Assembly: GCF_026210795.1 (NCBI RefSeq)
Contig: NC_089430.1
Location: 1,736,001-1,800,000, forward strand
Direction: 5' to 3'
DNA: 64,000 nucleotides
From: Rhizophagus irregularis
Taxonomy: Eukaryota
The notes under the pieces were generated by a model. It saw nothing but the letters and a program-made list of their open reading frames with translations, was not told where the DNA came from and did not search any database. Below, in pieces: positions 14,171 through 26,930 of this stretch. Position numbers and translations under genes: made by a program. The first letter of the stretch is position 1. The number at the start of each line of letters is the position of its first letter.

Positions 14171-14299
14171 GTAGAATTATATTTTTTTTTATACTGTAAA
14201 TAGAAAATTTTGATTGAAAAATGTGTCAATGTTGTGTAACCGTTTACTAAAAAATAAATAATCTTCTGTACGACATAAAAATTTTAGCCAAGTGAATTT

Positions 14300-15935
14300 T
14301 ATGGCAAGCCGTTCAAGTCAAAAGTCCGCCGCTATTGCAGCAGGTACCTGTTGCTTTCGCGGCAGGTACCTGCTAGATTTGCAGCAGGTATCTGCTGGAT
14401 TCACGGCAGATACCTGCTAGATTTGCGGCAGGTACCTGCTGAATTAGCGGCAGGTACCTGCTGAACTTGCAGCAGGTACCTGACAGGTTACAAATATGGT
14501 ATTTTATTTTTTCTGGGTCAAAAAAATTTTTTTGATTTCCATTTATAGTAATCTACCGAATTATTGGATTCAAGTTGGTTTATTTCTTTTTTCAGAAGTG
14601 ATCTTCATCTCATAATTCGGCCCATTACTTTAAATTTTGCTAAAATTAATGATATATAAGGAATCTATATTTGATTAATTATAAATAAATTTTTGAAAAG
14701 ATCGTTTAATTGAAAAAGATTACTGCAGAATACATTTTACAATAAGCTTAAAATCAAACTATAAAATTTATATTATTTATTTTTTATGTACTATTAATTT
14801 TATTGAAGTTTTGCTTTATATATCATTATTAGTAGTTGAATTTATAAGAGTTATGACAATGGGATTGACATAAAATGAGTCTTTGTCATATTCACACATC
14901 TGCTCATAATTGTTTTAGATTTCCTGCCCAAATTCAAAATAAAAATAAATAGTTTATTTATGATTTTTAGCAAATCAACAGACATTTCTATAAAAAAAAT
15001 ATACATATAATGAGCTATCAATAAAGTTAAATTTACTGGAGTTGCTTTTTTTTAAAAAAAAAAAATATTCCCTATATGAAAATTTTTGTTCATTAGTTCT
15101 TTTAATGGGTTTGCAAAGATTTCATAATTTAAAATTTTTTTTCTAAATGATCAGAGATTTCCAGCCATAATCCACATATAAGAAAGGATTTTGTGATATT
15201 GGTTTAAAATTAAAAGAATAATATTAATGATAGTGGCATCAATAAATTTAAACCAATATAGTTAAATTGGGTATATAAATAATAATATTCTGGTAGTGTA
15301 TTTTGTTATACTAATCATTTAATCAAATTGTAAATTTTAAAATTATTTAAATTGATTTTTATATTGCTCATTTGAATTTAAAAATTTTATAATAATTTAT
15401 TATTAATTCTTTCATTTATAATTTTTTTATACTTAAAAGTTGAGTTTCAAGTTATTTTTTACATTAAACCTTATTTTAAAAAATACTTTGAATTTGCAAT
15501 ATAAATTAAAACTATTAAAGATTTTAGTATTGATTATACGATTAATTCTTGCTAAATTTATAGTGATGGGCAGAATTATGAGATGAAAATCACTTCTGAA
15601 AAAAGAAATAAACTAACTTGGATCTAATAATTCGGTAGATTACTATAAATGGAAATCAAAAAAATTTTTTTGACCCAGAAAAAATAAAATACCATATTTG
15701 TAACCTGTCAGGTACCTGCTGCAAGTTCAGCAGGTACCTGCCACAAATCTAGCAGGTACCTGCCGCAATTCTAGCAGGTACCTGCCACAAATCTAGCAGG
15801 TACCCGCCGCAATTCTAACAGGTATCTGCTGCAATTCTAGCAGGTACCTGCTGCAAATTCAGCAGGTACCTGCCACAAATCTAGCAGGTACCTGCCGCAA
15901 TAGCAGTGGACTTTTGACTTGAACGGCTTGCCATA
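14300..15935. mobile_element. Non-autonomous TIR element with ~330-bp TIRs containing 21-bp GCAGGTACCTGC repeats; apparent 6-bp TSD gaattt
   Basis: tatggcaagccgttcaagtcaaaagtcc ... ggacttttgacttgaacggcttgccata; gaattt at 14294-14299 and 15936-15941; the paralogous region near 48520 lacks the insert. Confidence 0.88.
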
Positions 15936-16610
15936 GAATTTCATTATTTTCATTATTTTATTTACATATTTATTATTTTATGCATCATCGCAGACGGCAA
16001 ACCCGCACAAAATTAATTCCTCTTTTGGATGTGAAAAAAATTTTTTATTGCATCATTTTATACAATTCCTTAATAAGAAGTTGAAAGGAAAATTAATGTT
16101 TGAATAAAGTATATTGTTAAATTTACGCTAACCTACGCCAACGGATATCCAATGAAGTTATCGGATAAAAAGGACATAAAAAATTTAGTTGGCTTCGAAT
16201 ACTACCCATAAACAATATTTTTCTTTTTTTTTGACAAATAATAATAAACAAAATTAATGACTTGTACCAAAATCGAGAAATACAACGAGTATAAAACTAT
16301 ACAAGAACGAACAAAAAGAACGAATTAGAAAGTAAACATAACATTATTTTAATTTATTATATACACCTATTAATGTTTTTTTTTTTGTTTACACATAAAA
16401 AATTTTTCATTGAATAAATCATATTTTAAAAAATTCTTTATTGTAAAATTTATTTTTCCCTTAATTTTTTCAGTTACTTGATTTTACCTCACGTGATTAA
16501 GTATTTATATGGATCGACTGTTTACGTAAATTTTGTGAAACTCACTCCGGAATTTAATAGATTTTTATTTCCGTTCATCCTTTCATGTTTAAAATTGTAT
16601 TTACAGTATT

Positions 16611-18757
16611 ATGGCTACTATTCGACAAGAAATAGTTAGTGCTGCAATTCATAGAGCAAATGCATTATTAGACCCTAATATTCAAAATAATTTAGAAAAA
16701 CAACATGTATTTAGAAAACAAACAGTTCTTGCTGACAAATCTCTTACAAAGGATGAAAAATCATATGCAGTAAAAATATTAAATGAAAATTTTGATTATC
16801 ATAACATTCTTTATAATCAAGGAACAAAAAGAATTTGTGAAAATTGTCATGATGACATTATATTGTGAACATTGTATTCGAAATTATTTAAAAGAAAATT
16901 TTTCAAACTGGACATCTGGAAATAATGATATTGATAATTTAATACAACAATGTCAAATAAAAGCACTTATCCCAAATTTGATAGTAGAATGGATTCCTTA
17001 TAATAATTTACAAAATATTGAATACTTAACTAAAGGTGGATGTTCCGAAATTTATACAGCAGTTTGGATTGATGGACCTTATTATGAATGGGATTCAAAA
17101 GAAAAACAATTAAAAAGAGATGGTAGATGGGTAAATGTAGTGCTCAAAAAATTAGAAAATGTCGAAAGTGCCAATAAAAGTTGGTTTGAGGAGGTATATA
17201 CAAGTAATTAAAAGTATTTTGAATTTTTTTTTTAAATTTAATTGCAATTCTTTTAATTTTGTAGGGTATGTCTCATCTATATTTAGGTAGCAAAACTTTT
17301 CTTATAGTGCGATGTTATGGTTTAACTCAAAATCCATTTAATGGAAATTATATGATTGTAATGAATCGTATGGATATAAATCTAAGAGAATATTTGCAAC
17401 AAAATCACAATAAACTCACATGGAAAGAAAGAATTCAAATTATTGATAGTATAATTAGCGCAGTTTATGATATTCACAGAGAGGGTGCAATCCACAGAGA
17501 TTTACATTCTGGAAATATATTATTTAATCAAAATGATCAAAGATTTTTCATCAGTGATTTAGGATTTTGTGGACCAGCTAATATACCATTAGATAGTATA
17601 TATGGAAATCTTTCATATATAGCACCAGAAGTCATTGTTAAGAAGAAATATATTTTTGCATCTGATATTTATAGTATTGGCATACTTATGTGGGAAATCT
17701 CATCTGGACAACCACCTTTTATTAATAAACATGATTATGATCTTGCAATAAGAATAATAAATGGAATGAGACCAAAAATAATACCAGGCACTCCTTTAGA
17801 ATATAAAGAATTAATGGAACAATGTTGGGATGCTAATCCTGCGAAAAGACCTGATATTTACACTCTTTCTAATAAAATGGGTGATATTTATAGATCATAT
17901 TGTCAAAATGAAAATGAACAAAGAATAATTAGTAAAATTACGAGTATTAATAGCTCTCAATTAAATACAAGATTTAATGTGAATTCTAGTTCTAGTGATA
18001 GTTCCTTCTTTGGAAATTTTAGTGCAAGTTCTAGTAATTGGAATATTAGTAGTAGAGTTTATAATTTTGAAAATTTACCTGAACCAAAAAATGCAACAAA
18101 AGGTAAGAATTTTTTATTGTATAGTTTTACTTATTACAATATTAATATTAATTATTCACTTTATTCATTTAGAAGAACAAGATGGTAATTATTAAAATAT
18201 GTATAGTTATTTTTTTTACTATGTTAACTTTATTTTTATAGCTTATTATAGTATACAATTTGATTTTGATTTACAAGATGGTTTGATTATTGGTAAGGTT
18301 AGCAATTAATATATTTGTGTTGAAAATTTTCGATATATAATTCTAATTTATATCTATTTATTTTTAAATAAAATAGAAGAGAAATCCAATAAAAGAAGTT
18401 ATTTTGATTGTAATAGATCATTTTTATAATAATTTATTATAATGCTGTAAATCAAATAATCAATTTTTTTTATTTATTATTATAAAATAGATGATGAAAA
18501 AGATCTAGCTTCTAACTCTAATAAAAAAAGTCAATTTAAATAATAATGAAGGTAATTATTACTGAAATTTTCATATTTTATTTTATCATTATTAATGTAA
18601 TTAAATATTAAATTTTAGAAATACAATATCATGAAATTGGATACCAATATACACAAAGAAATTATGCTACGAGTAAGATGGACCTTAACTATTTATTAAA
18701 TTAGAGCTTATCATCATTATTTTTATATTGTTTTATTTAGAATTATTTAAACACTAA
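16611..18757 (+). pseudogene. TKL-family protein kinase, frameshifted paralogue of 49131-51160
   Basis: GGCSEIY, VVLK, HRDLHSGN, SDLG, YIAPE motifs; exons 16611-17193, 17265-18102 plus short 3' exons; 11-nt deletion (aatgtttggct) after 16854 relative to the second copy shifts the frame before the kinase domain. Confidence 0.85.
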
Positions 18758-18898
18758 GACTAGAGTAGCAATATTTGCAAATTATCTTAGTTTGTAATTT
18801 ATATACATTATATATGTGTGTGTGTGTGCATTTTATTTTAAAATTTGGCATGAGTATAATTTAATCGTACATTCTAAAATATGAGCCCTAACTCTACC

Positions 18899-19268
18899 CT
18901 ACCCTAATGAAGATTCTACAATGTCTGCGTCACGTTTATATCCATAGGCTTCTGGTACCGCGTCACGTTTATATCCATAGGCTTCTGGTACCGCGTCACG
19001 TTTATATCCATAGGCTTCTGCTTCCGCGTCACGTTTATAGCCATAGGCTTCTGGTACCGCGTCACGTTTATATCCATAGGCTTCTGCTTCCGCGTCACGT
19101 TTATAGCCATAGGCTTCTGGTGCTGCGTCTGCGTTAATAGTGAATTAAAATATTATTAAAAGAATTCGTTTGACTAATTTGATAAAAAAGAAAAAATTTT
19201 TTAATAATTTATTTACTCGCTAAAGCCATAGTAAAGCCGAAAATCAATAGTAAGTGTTTTAATTGCAT
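18899..19268 (-). CDS. Secreted Kex2-processed repeat protein (alpha-factor-like precursor) with six YGY peptides, 93 aa
   Basis: Exon 1 19268-19217 MQLKHLLLIFGFTMALA; GT..AG intron 19216-19129; exon 2 19128-18899 NAAPEAYGYKRDAEAEAYGYKRDAVPEAYGYKRDAEAEAYGYKRDAVPEAYGYKRDAVPEAYGYKRDADIVESSLG*. Confidence 0.9.
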
Positions 19269-19653
19269 GATTTCAGATAATATTTTCGCGATATGTATAA
19301 CTTTTAATTCGTTGTTTGTTTAATTTGTTTGAAGAAAATTTTATTGTCTCAAGGTCTTTTTATAAGAAAGTTTTTCTATAATTACATTACAAATATTTCA
19401 TGATTATATTTTTTATATTCGTACAAGAGTATTTTTGCCACGATTTTTACATTGCGCCCATTGCGTCACAAACGAACAGCGCCACTTTAAATTAATAATG
19501 TGGAAATAGATGATTTCTTTTTTAATAAATATCGTGTGTATAATCGTAAATATGCCACATTTTTACATAATGGATTATGTTTTAGCTTGTTTTGAATAAT
19601 TGACATTATACTATTATCTTTACCATTTGTTTTCATTTCACAGCCACATTAGT

Positions 19654-19717
19654 TTTATTTTTTATTTTTATTATCCATGTGAACAAGATTACAGAAAGAT
19701 AGACAAGAACTAATTAA
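19654..19717 (-). mobile_element. Severely 5'-truncated copy (64 bp) of the retroposon at 30155-40231
   Basis: 19-bp TSD atttcacagccacattagt (19635-19653, 19718-19736); A-rich tail plus attatccatgtgaacaagattacagaaagatagacaagaactaattaaa matching ~30180-30230. Confidence 0.88.
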
Positions 19718-21256
19718 ATTTCACAGCCACATTAGTGGAAATGGCTCGGATAATTCAATTTTAATCACATTATCACGTGATTTGTCAAACATAAATTATA
19801 TCGATGCATTAAAATAATAAATCACGTGATGCATTTTTTTTTTATTATTATACACAATTACACATATATAATATACGGCAATACATTATTTTAAAATAAG
19901 CGGATATACGATATTATTTAATATGAATTAAATGATTGAAAAATACGGATGATGAATCTTTATCATTTAATCCATTTTCCGAACACTGCTTCAGACATTA
20001 CTAAAAATATTGATATATTTGAATATAAAAATTGAGAATAACGAAAAATTTAAATTTCATTTAATAATATAATAAGCATACGATATACTATATAAAGAAA
20101 TTTTTTTTTTAGGATTTCAGATGACAATAAACTTGTTTATCTATTTTAACACGAACTTTGACATTTAAATATTTAATATCGAAATTATTGTTGAAACGAA
20201 TTCATATTTTTTTCCTAAATTTATTTTTTTTTTACTTGTAAAATTTCATTATTATTTATTAGAATTTTGAGTTAATATTAATTATACATCTCTAGCATAG
20301 ATAAGGTTTTTAAATGATTATTTTAAATCTTCATCAGATAATAACTGAAAAATTGAAATGCTTTTATTGTTGTCGACGTTAAGTGTTATGGTGGTATTGC
20401 ATTGTGATTTAACGTTATGAGTATCATTTCGTATTTATCGTGGTTAATTTTAATGTTAGCAAATTTGTAGAGACTATTTACAGTTTGAAAATTTCGTTTC
20501 AAGGCTTCTAAAGACGAAGCGAACCAACTTGTGTCATCTAAATATCCAACTAGAATCGTATTAAAGGAAATAGAGGTGTTTTATTATTCGTTGTATATAT
20601 TATTGTATTTTTTGATAGAAATATTAAGATGTTGTGACGTTGATTTGGAACATTAGGTCATACGTATAATATATAATCCATAGAATCGGTCGCATCGATT
20701 CCTCGTAGTACAATGTACACTATATCAAATGGTGATCTCTCTATGTTATGTTTGACAAATCACGAGATGATGTGACTAAACATAAGTGATGTAATTTAAA
20801 ATAAATAGTATGAATAATAGTATGATGACGATTTTTCAAACCCATTTTAAAACATAATCATCTTTACACCATACATCTATACACACGATTTTTTTTTTAA
20901 AAAATAAAATCTATTTAAAAAAAAAAATCTATTTCCACATTATTAATTCAAAGTGGCACTGTTCGTTCCAATTGTGGCGCTATAAATAAAACGTCACTTA
21001 TACTTCGCCTCGTTAATAATTTTACTGATATCAAAATCTCGCATTTTCACATTATTAATTAAATTCGATTGTAAATTTTAGCATGGCGCAATATAGAAAA
21101 ACGTGGCAAAAATAATCTTGCTAGCCCTTTTATTGAAACAATCGACCCAATGTGATCATGAAATAATTTGAAATACGTGTTACTATAGAAAACTTTTCTT
21201 ATACAAACAATTTGAGAAAGAGGAGAGAAATTTCTACAAATTAAAATTAATCAATC

Positions 21257-21485
21257 ATACAATTTTAAATACTTATTATTTATTGATTTTTGTCTTTACT
21301 ATTGCTTTAGCGGGTACTAATAAATAATTTCTTTATGTTAAATTTTTTCTTTTTCTTTTTTATTAATTTTAATATTAACTATTAAAATGTCATTTTTTAA
21401 TAAAGCTTTTGGAGAAATCGATAAACGTGACGTAAACGCAACCGTTTTCCAAACAAATAACGTTATAAATCATATACTGTCGTAG
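21257..21485 (+). pseudogene. Third, heavily decayed peptide-precursor paralogue, head-to-head with the YGY gene
   Basis: Start mutated (ATA); ...ATT TTT GTC TTT ACT ATT GCT TTA GCG G|GTACT intron to taaag at 21405; exon 2 AFGEIDKRDVNA...; upstream DNA is the reverse complement of the other paralogues' promoters. Confidence 0.65.
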
Positions 21486-22702
21486 ATTAATTAATATAAT
21501 AAAACAAGTAAACAAGTAAACATTAAAGAGCTTTAAATATTAACGAATAGTAAAACTTTATTATGATTAAAAGTTTTGAAATGAAATTATTAACAAATGA
21601 AAATATTCTTGTTATTTATTAAAAATATATTAATCTTGTGAAAAAATTTATCAAATATAATAAATTCAAATCATTCAAAAAAAAAAGATCTCGGATGATT
21701 ATGCTTTGATAAAGAAAAAAAATTTTTTAGATAATTATTTATTATTAAAAAAACGTTAGGCTTGCAAATCCCTGATTTTGTGCGGTTTGCGCCAGAGATG
21801 ACGCCGGCCTACTTAAACTTATACCACATAACATCACAACTTAATTATTAGAATTTTCAGGCTGGACATCTATCGATTTTGTATTTTGTAATGAAGTATG
21901 GACATTCATTATTAAGAATCCTGGGAAATCCTTTTAATAATAATATATTTGTAAAATGATGATAATTATTAAAAAAAAAAAACATTATTCCAATTGATAT
22001 CAACAAATTAGATATTTTACACTAATTTTGATATAGTATGAAAAAACGGGAATTCCTGAGCCTGTAGCTAGACCAATCTCAACAAATGTATGAATTATTA
22101 TCTATTATTAAAATTTACCTTTATCATAATCATCTTAATATAAAAGTTATTTAATCTTTGAATCTCTTATGAGAATTAAGAGCGGTTTACATTTATTTAT
22201 CTATTGAAGTCATTTTTTTTTACAATAACTTTCACTTAAAAGATCTTTTAAAAGCATCATGTCAAGCTCTCACATGAAAATGACCTCTTGTTTATTTATT
22301 AATAGTTTAATACGGTAACAGCATTAATCTCTCAACAGATAAATATATAAGTAAAATCAAAAATCGATGCAATTTGCGACCAAAAAAAGTCTATGAAATG
22401 ATTTTTTAATAATAACCGGTTAAAAAAAACATTATTAAAGAACTCAAAAGAAATGACGAAATTGAATTTAAAGTATTGGAGTGAATTATGTCAAAATTTT
22501 ATTGATATTAAATAATGTATTTTGATGGGTTGATTAATGTCATTTGAATAACAAAAATCATAATTGAAACGAAATAGGTCCAATGAGTTTTTAGCTCTAC
22601 AATTTAATTAATTCAAAAATGTTACATTTATGATACAAGTCTCATGATTTATTTGAGCTTTTGATAACAAAAACCGAATGACAAAATCTTGATATTCTTA
22701 TA

Positions 22703-22901
22703 CCCTATAAAAAATTTTTATCCGAATATTTCCATTATTTCTCCGTGTCTTCCGTAAAAATTCCGTGAAAATGATACATTCACGGATATCCGTGTTAGCG
22801 AGATGAAAATTTCCATGATTTAAGGCTATTAATTCCATAAAAATGATACATTCACGGAAAAAACATGGAAAGATAAAACACGGATCAGATTTTTTACAGG
22901 G
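22703..22901. mobile_element. Small putative MITE (CCCT(A/G)TAAAAAA ends, possible TSD ATA)
   Basis: ata|ccctataaaaaa...ttttttacaggg|ata with internal TCCGTG/CACGGA repeats. Confidence 0.5.
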
Positions 22902-23849
22902 ATACTGAAAAAAAAAAAAATCGTGAGAAACCTAAATTTTATCTATTTCAACTATTAGAATTTTTTTTGGAGTTAGTTTTTCATAGAAATTAAAATGAGT
23001 TTAATAAAAATGTTGTGTTTATTCAACAAACATTTTAATGTATTATAGAGTGTAATATTTACATGAGTAAACATTTAATACTGTAATGTAACTATTGCTA
23101 ATATTTTAATATCTTTAATAATTTCTGGATTCGTCCGATGAAAAAAAAAAAATTATTTGAAAATAATGAAAATTTACTATGAATATAGTCTATTTTGTAA
23201 TTAACTTTCTCACAGAAAGACGCTCACACACTATTCATACTACGCTGTTGCTTACAAAATTAATTTGTATTGTGTAGTTTATATTTCGAGTTATGACATT
23301 CTGGATAATTTTTTCCGGAAGTTAGTATAATAGATTATGCTAAATTGATTGATTTCCTTTTTGGTTCTTTGGTGGGTTCTGGTGTTTAACAATAAAAAAA
23401 ATGTGCATAACAAAATACCTAACTAATACATAATACACAAATAAATCATAAACAAATTTATATTAACTAAAATTTGCGTTGCTGAAAAAATCTACCAACC
23501 AAATAAAACTAGAACTCCTAATATTTAATTGCTCCCACAGACACGAGCCACACAACCCACAAGCAGTTATCCTGGAAATCTTATTTTTCAAAGCAAGGGT
23601 CCGCAGGAGACGCCTTCCTGATGATCGTCATACCGCAGCAAATGATTTATATCGGCTTTCGGCTAAATTTATGCCGATTCTTTATTGAGTAGATTACATA
23701 TTTAATTGGTACAGGCACGGAGTCACACAGCAGGCACAATTCAACGAATATTTATGTATTAGGTAACATTAAATTTTTTTTATGACCGTGGAATTCTTTT
23801 TCAAATAAATTTGAGACAAACTTACTTCTAACAGAATTAAATTATAAAA

Positions 23850-25450
23850 ATGAGCTTTATTAACGAAAACCAACTAATATCTGAATCTAATGAATTAAAT
23901 ACTTCTGATAATTCTAATTCCGTAAAAATTAATCATGAAAATTGTTATGACCTAGTTAATAAAAAATTTTGGTGTAAAGGATGTGTTCCTCGTTGCATAA
24001 TTGAAGGATGGACCAGTGGAAATGATGATATTGATAATTTTATTAAGAGTTCGATTTATAATGCACATTTGAAATATATTGGTGATGGTAAATATGGCCC
24101 ATCATTTCTTGAATGGGTTCCATTTGATAGATTTGAAGATATGAAACAAATAGGTGAAGGCGGATTTGCAAAAGTGTATTCTGCAACTTGGATTGATGGT
24201 ATAGCAGAATACATTAAACAAGATGATGAAAATTGGATAAAACGTGAACTTAAATCCAATAAAGTTGCTTTAAAAAGGCTAAATGAATCACAGAATATGT
24301 CAGCTGATTTTTTAAATGAGGTATTTTTTTTCACATGTACTTATTTATAATTTTAAAAAAATTAAAATTTATTTAATTTATTTTAATTTGTATAATAGCT
24401 TAAAACACATTGGAAATTAAATCGCTTACAAGATAATTCTTTAAGATTTTATGGAATAACTAGAGACCCAGAAACTGAAGAAATTATGATGATTATGCAA
24501 CATGCAAAGAATGGAAATTTGAGAAATGTCCTTTCAAGTAATTTTGACAAAATTTTATGGTGTGAAAAAATTGGATATTTATATTATTCAACAATGGACC
24601 TTAAATATTTACATGAATTAGGATATTTTCATAAAGATTTTCATAGTGGAAATATATTAAATATCAACGGAGCTTCTTTTATATCAGATTTTGGATTATC
24701 TGGACCATCAAATGAACAAAAATTAGATAATAAAATATATGGCGTGTTGCCATATATTGCTCCAGAAGTTTTAAATGGAGAACCATATGCATTATCTTCT
24801 GACATTTATAGTTTTGGTGTAGTTATGGCTGAATTATCATCTGGAAAACCTCCTTTTTATAAAAGAAAACATGATAGTGGCTTAGCATTAGAAATATGTA
24901 ATGGACTCAGACCAGAATTTGGAAAAGGAACCCCTGAAATTTATAAGAAATTAGCTTATAGATGCATGAATGCTAATCCAAATCAAAGACCAACAGCTAA
25001 TGAATTATATGAAATATTAGAATGTTGGAAATCTCGTAAGGATGATGAAAAATATGGTTATAAAGGAGAGGAAGTTAGAATTGCATTTGAAGAAGCTGAT
25101 AAAGAGATACCAAATATTTCAGCCTTGTATGAAAAAGATCCTGATGCTATTTACACTAGTAGAGCATTTACATTTAAAAATTTATCAAAACCCATTAATT
25201 CATCTTCTACATATCTTAATGAAGAAGATGGTGAAGGTATTGCATTATGTATTATTTTGTATAAATTTTATAAAATAATTAAGGAAATATTCATTATAAT
25301 AGGTTGCCAGGATTCTCAGTTAGTTGACTTAGAGATTTCTAGTTCATTAAAATTAAAGGGTAAGTAGTTTAACTTATTACCTTTATCTATTTTAATGATG
25401 TAGAATAAACTAATAATTTTTAAATAATAGATGATGATGTTGACAACTAA
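23850..25450 (+). CDS. TKL-family protein kinase (4 exons)
   Basis: Exons 23850-24320, 24399-25236, ~25303-25359, 25431-25450; WTSGNDDID, GEGGFAKVY, VALK, HKDFHSGN, DFG, YIAPE. Confidence 0.9.
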
Positions 25451-26930
25451 ACGAATCAAATTCGAAATCTTATACTCAAATATTGTTTTTTATTATTTAT
25501 ACTATCTTCTATAATATGAATTATAAAAATTGCTTTCGAATCCTTTTTAGGAGAGAAAAGATTTCAAAATAGATTCTTTTTTATCTGGAGAAAAATTAGC
25601 TACTGAATGGAACCAAGAGATTTAGAAAAAAAACAAGATATTTGTTCATGGCTTTAAATAATTTATAATTTGATTGGTAAAGTAAGGTCAATAAAATACT
25701 GATAAATTCCTGGAATTTTATTACCGATATGATTTGCTTTTATGCATAATATATACTCCAAAGATCAAAGCATATTGTTTCTTAATTATCTTTTGTTTGT
25801 AGTCATATAAAGAAGTTCAAAATCTATAAAATACTTATCTTGTGAAAGATTATTTCTTGTATTGTTATTATAAATAAGTCTTTTCTTTCTATTTTGAATT
25901 TATTTTTGTTTGAAGTTATAATGGAGTTAAATGAAATGATTTTTTTAAAAAAAGAATTGGCAATCCCATTTATTTATTAGTATAAAATCAATTTTAATTG
26001 GCATTAAAATATATATGAAACGACTTTTTTGTTAATAAATTTTGTAAATATTAATAACATATAAATTATATAGAATACTTGATTGTTTTATGCAATTTAC
26101 CCACCTATAGGTAATTTTACTACATTTTGAAAAATTGATGAATATTATTTTTACAGGAGAATTATATATGACGGTTTTAGTTATACTAGCTGATAGCAAA
26201 TATAACATAGGGTTTTAGTTTTCACGATAAGACATAACCGCTAATTGATCGCATGATCAAACGATGATTTTAATAAGATGATCTTAGTTAAATTTTTTTC
26301 AAGTTTTCTTATAGAAATTTTTTATCAAAAATTCTTGATCTAGTAATTTATAGAAACCTTAACGAACTTATAAGATTTTTAAGGAATCTGTAAATTACAA
26401 GCAGATCCCACCGTTGTGCACTATTTTATATTTATCAATAGTCATTAACTTTTGTTAAAAATTAGATATACTATAGACTAAACAAGTATAAAATACTAGT
26501 GTTAGATTACTGGAAGATTTTAAATATAAGGTTTTCAAATTCCAAATTTTATATTCAAACATCTAAATATGGTTTTAAATAAAATATAAAGTTTACAAAA
26601 TTATTAATACTATATATCAACATACATTTTAGTAAAATATAACCTTAAAAATTCATATATAAAATATGTCTTTTATTATAAACACCTTCTTAAATAAACT
26701 GATCAATTTGCATGCACATGGTAATAAATATATATATTGTTCAATTACAAACTGATTTTTATTATTCAAAAAAAGTCAAATTTACATAATACTACTTTAT
26801 GATCAGTGTTGAATAAATACTACATATACTCTCTATATATAAAATTGTTTACAGCAGATATTTAATTATGAATCAGAAGGTTTAATGATATTATTGTTAA
26901 TGAATTTGCATTAATTAAGCTTACTTTAAT

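Noticed and set aside
18885..18906. Telomere-like ccctaa/acccta repeats
   Set aside because: Only a few degenerate units overlapping the stop codon of the peptide gene
18907..19137. ORF-track peptides RHVYIHRLLVP (+) and MDINVTRYQKP (-)
   Set aside because: Shadow frames of the 33-bp repeat; the frame with a signal peptide, intron and KR/XA grammar is the credible one
16611..19268. Kinase as a dedicated partner of the adjacent YGY precursor
   Set aside because: That kinase is frameshifted, has no visible transmembrane or receptor domain, and its intact paralogue at 49131 has no peptide gene downstream
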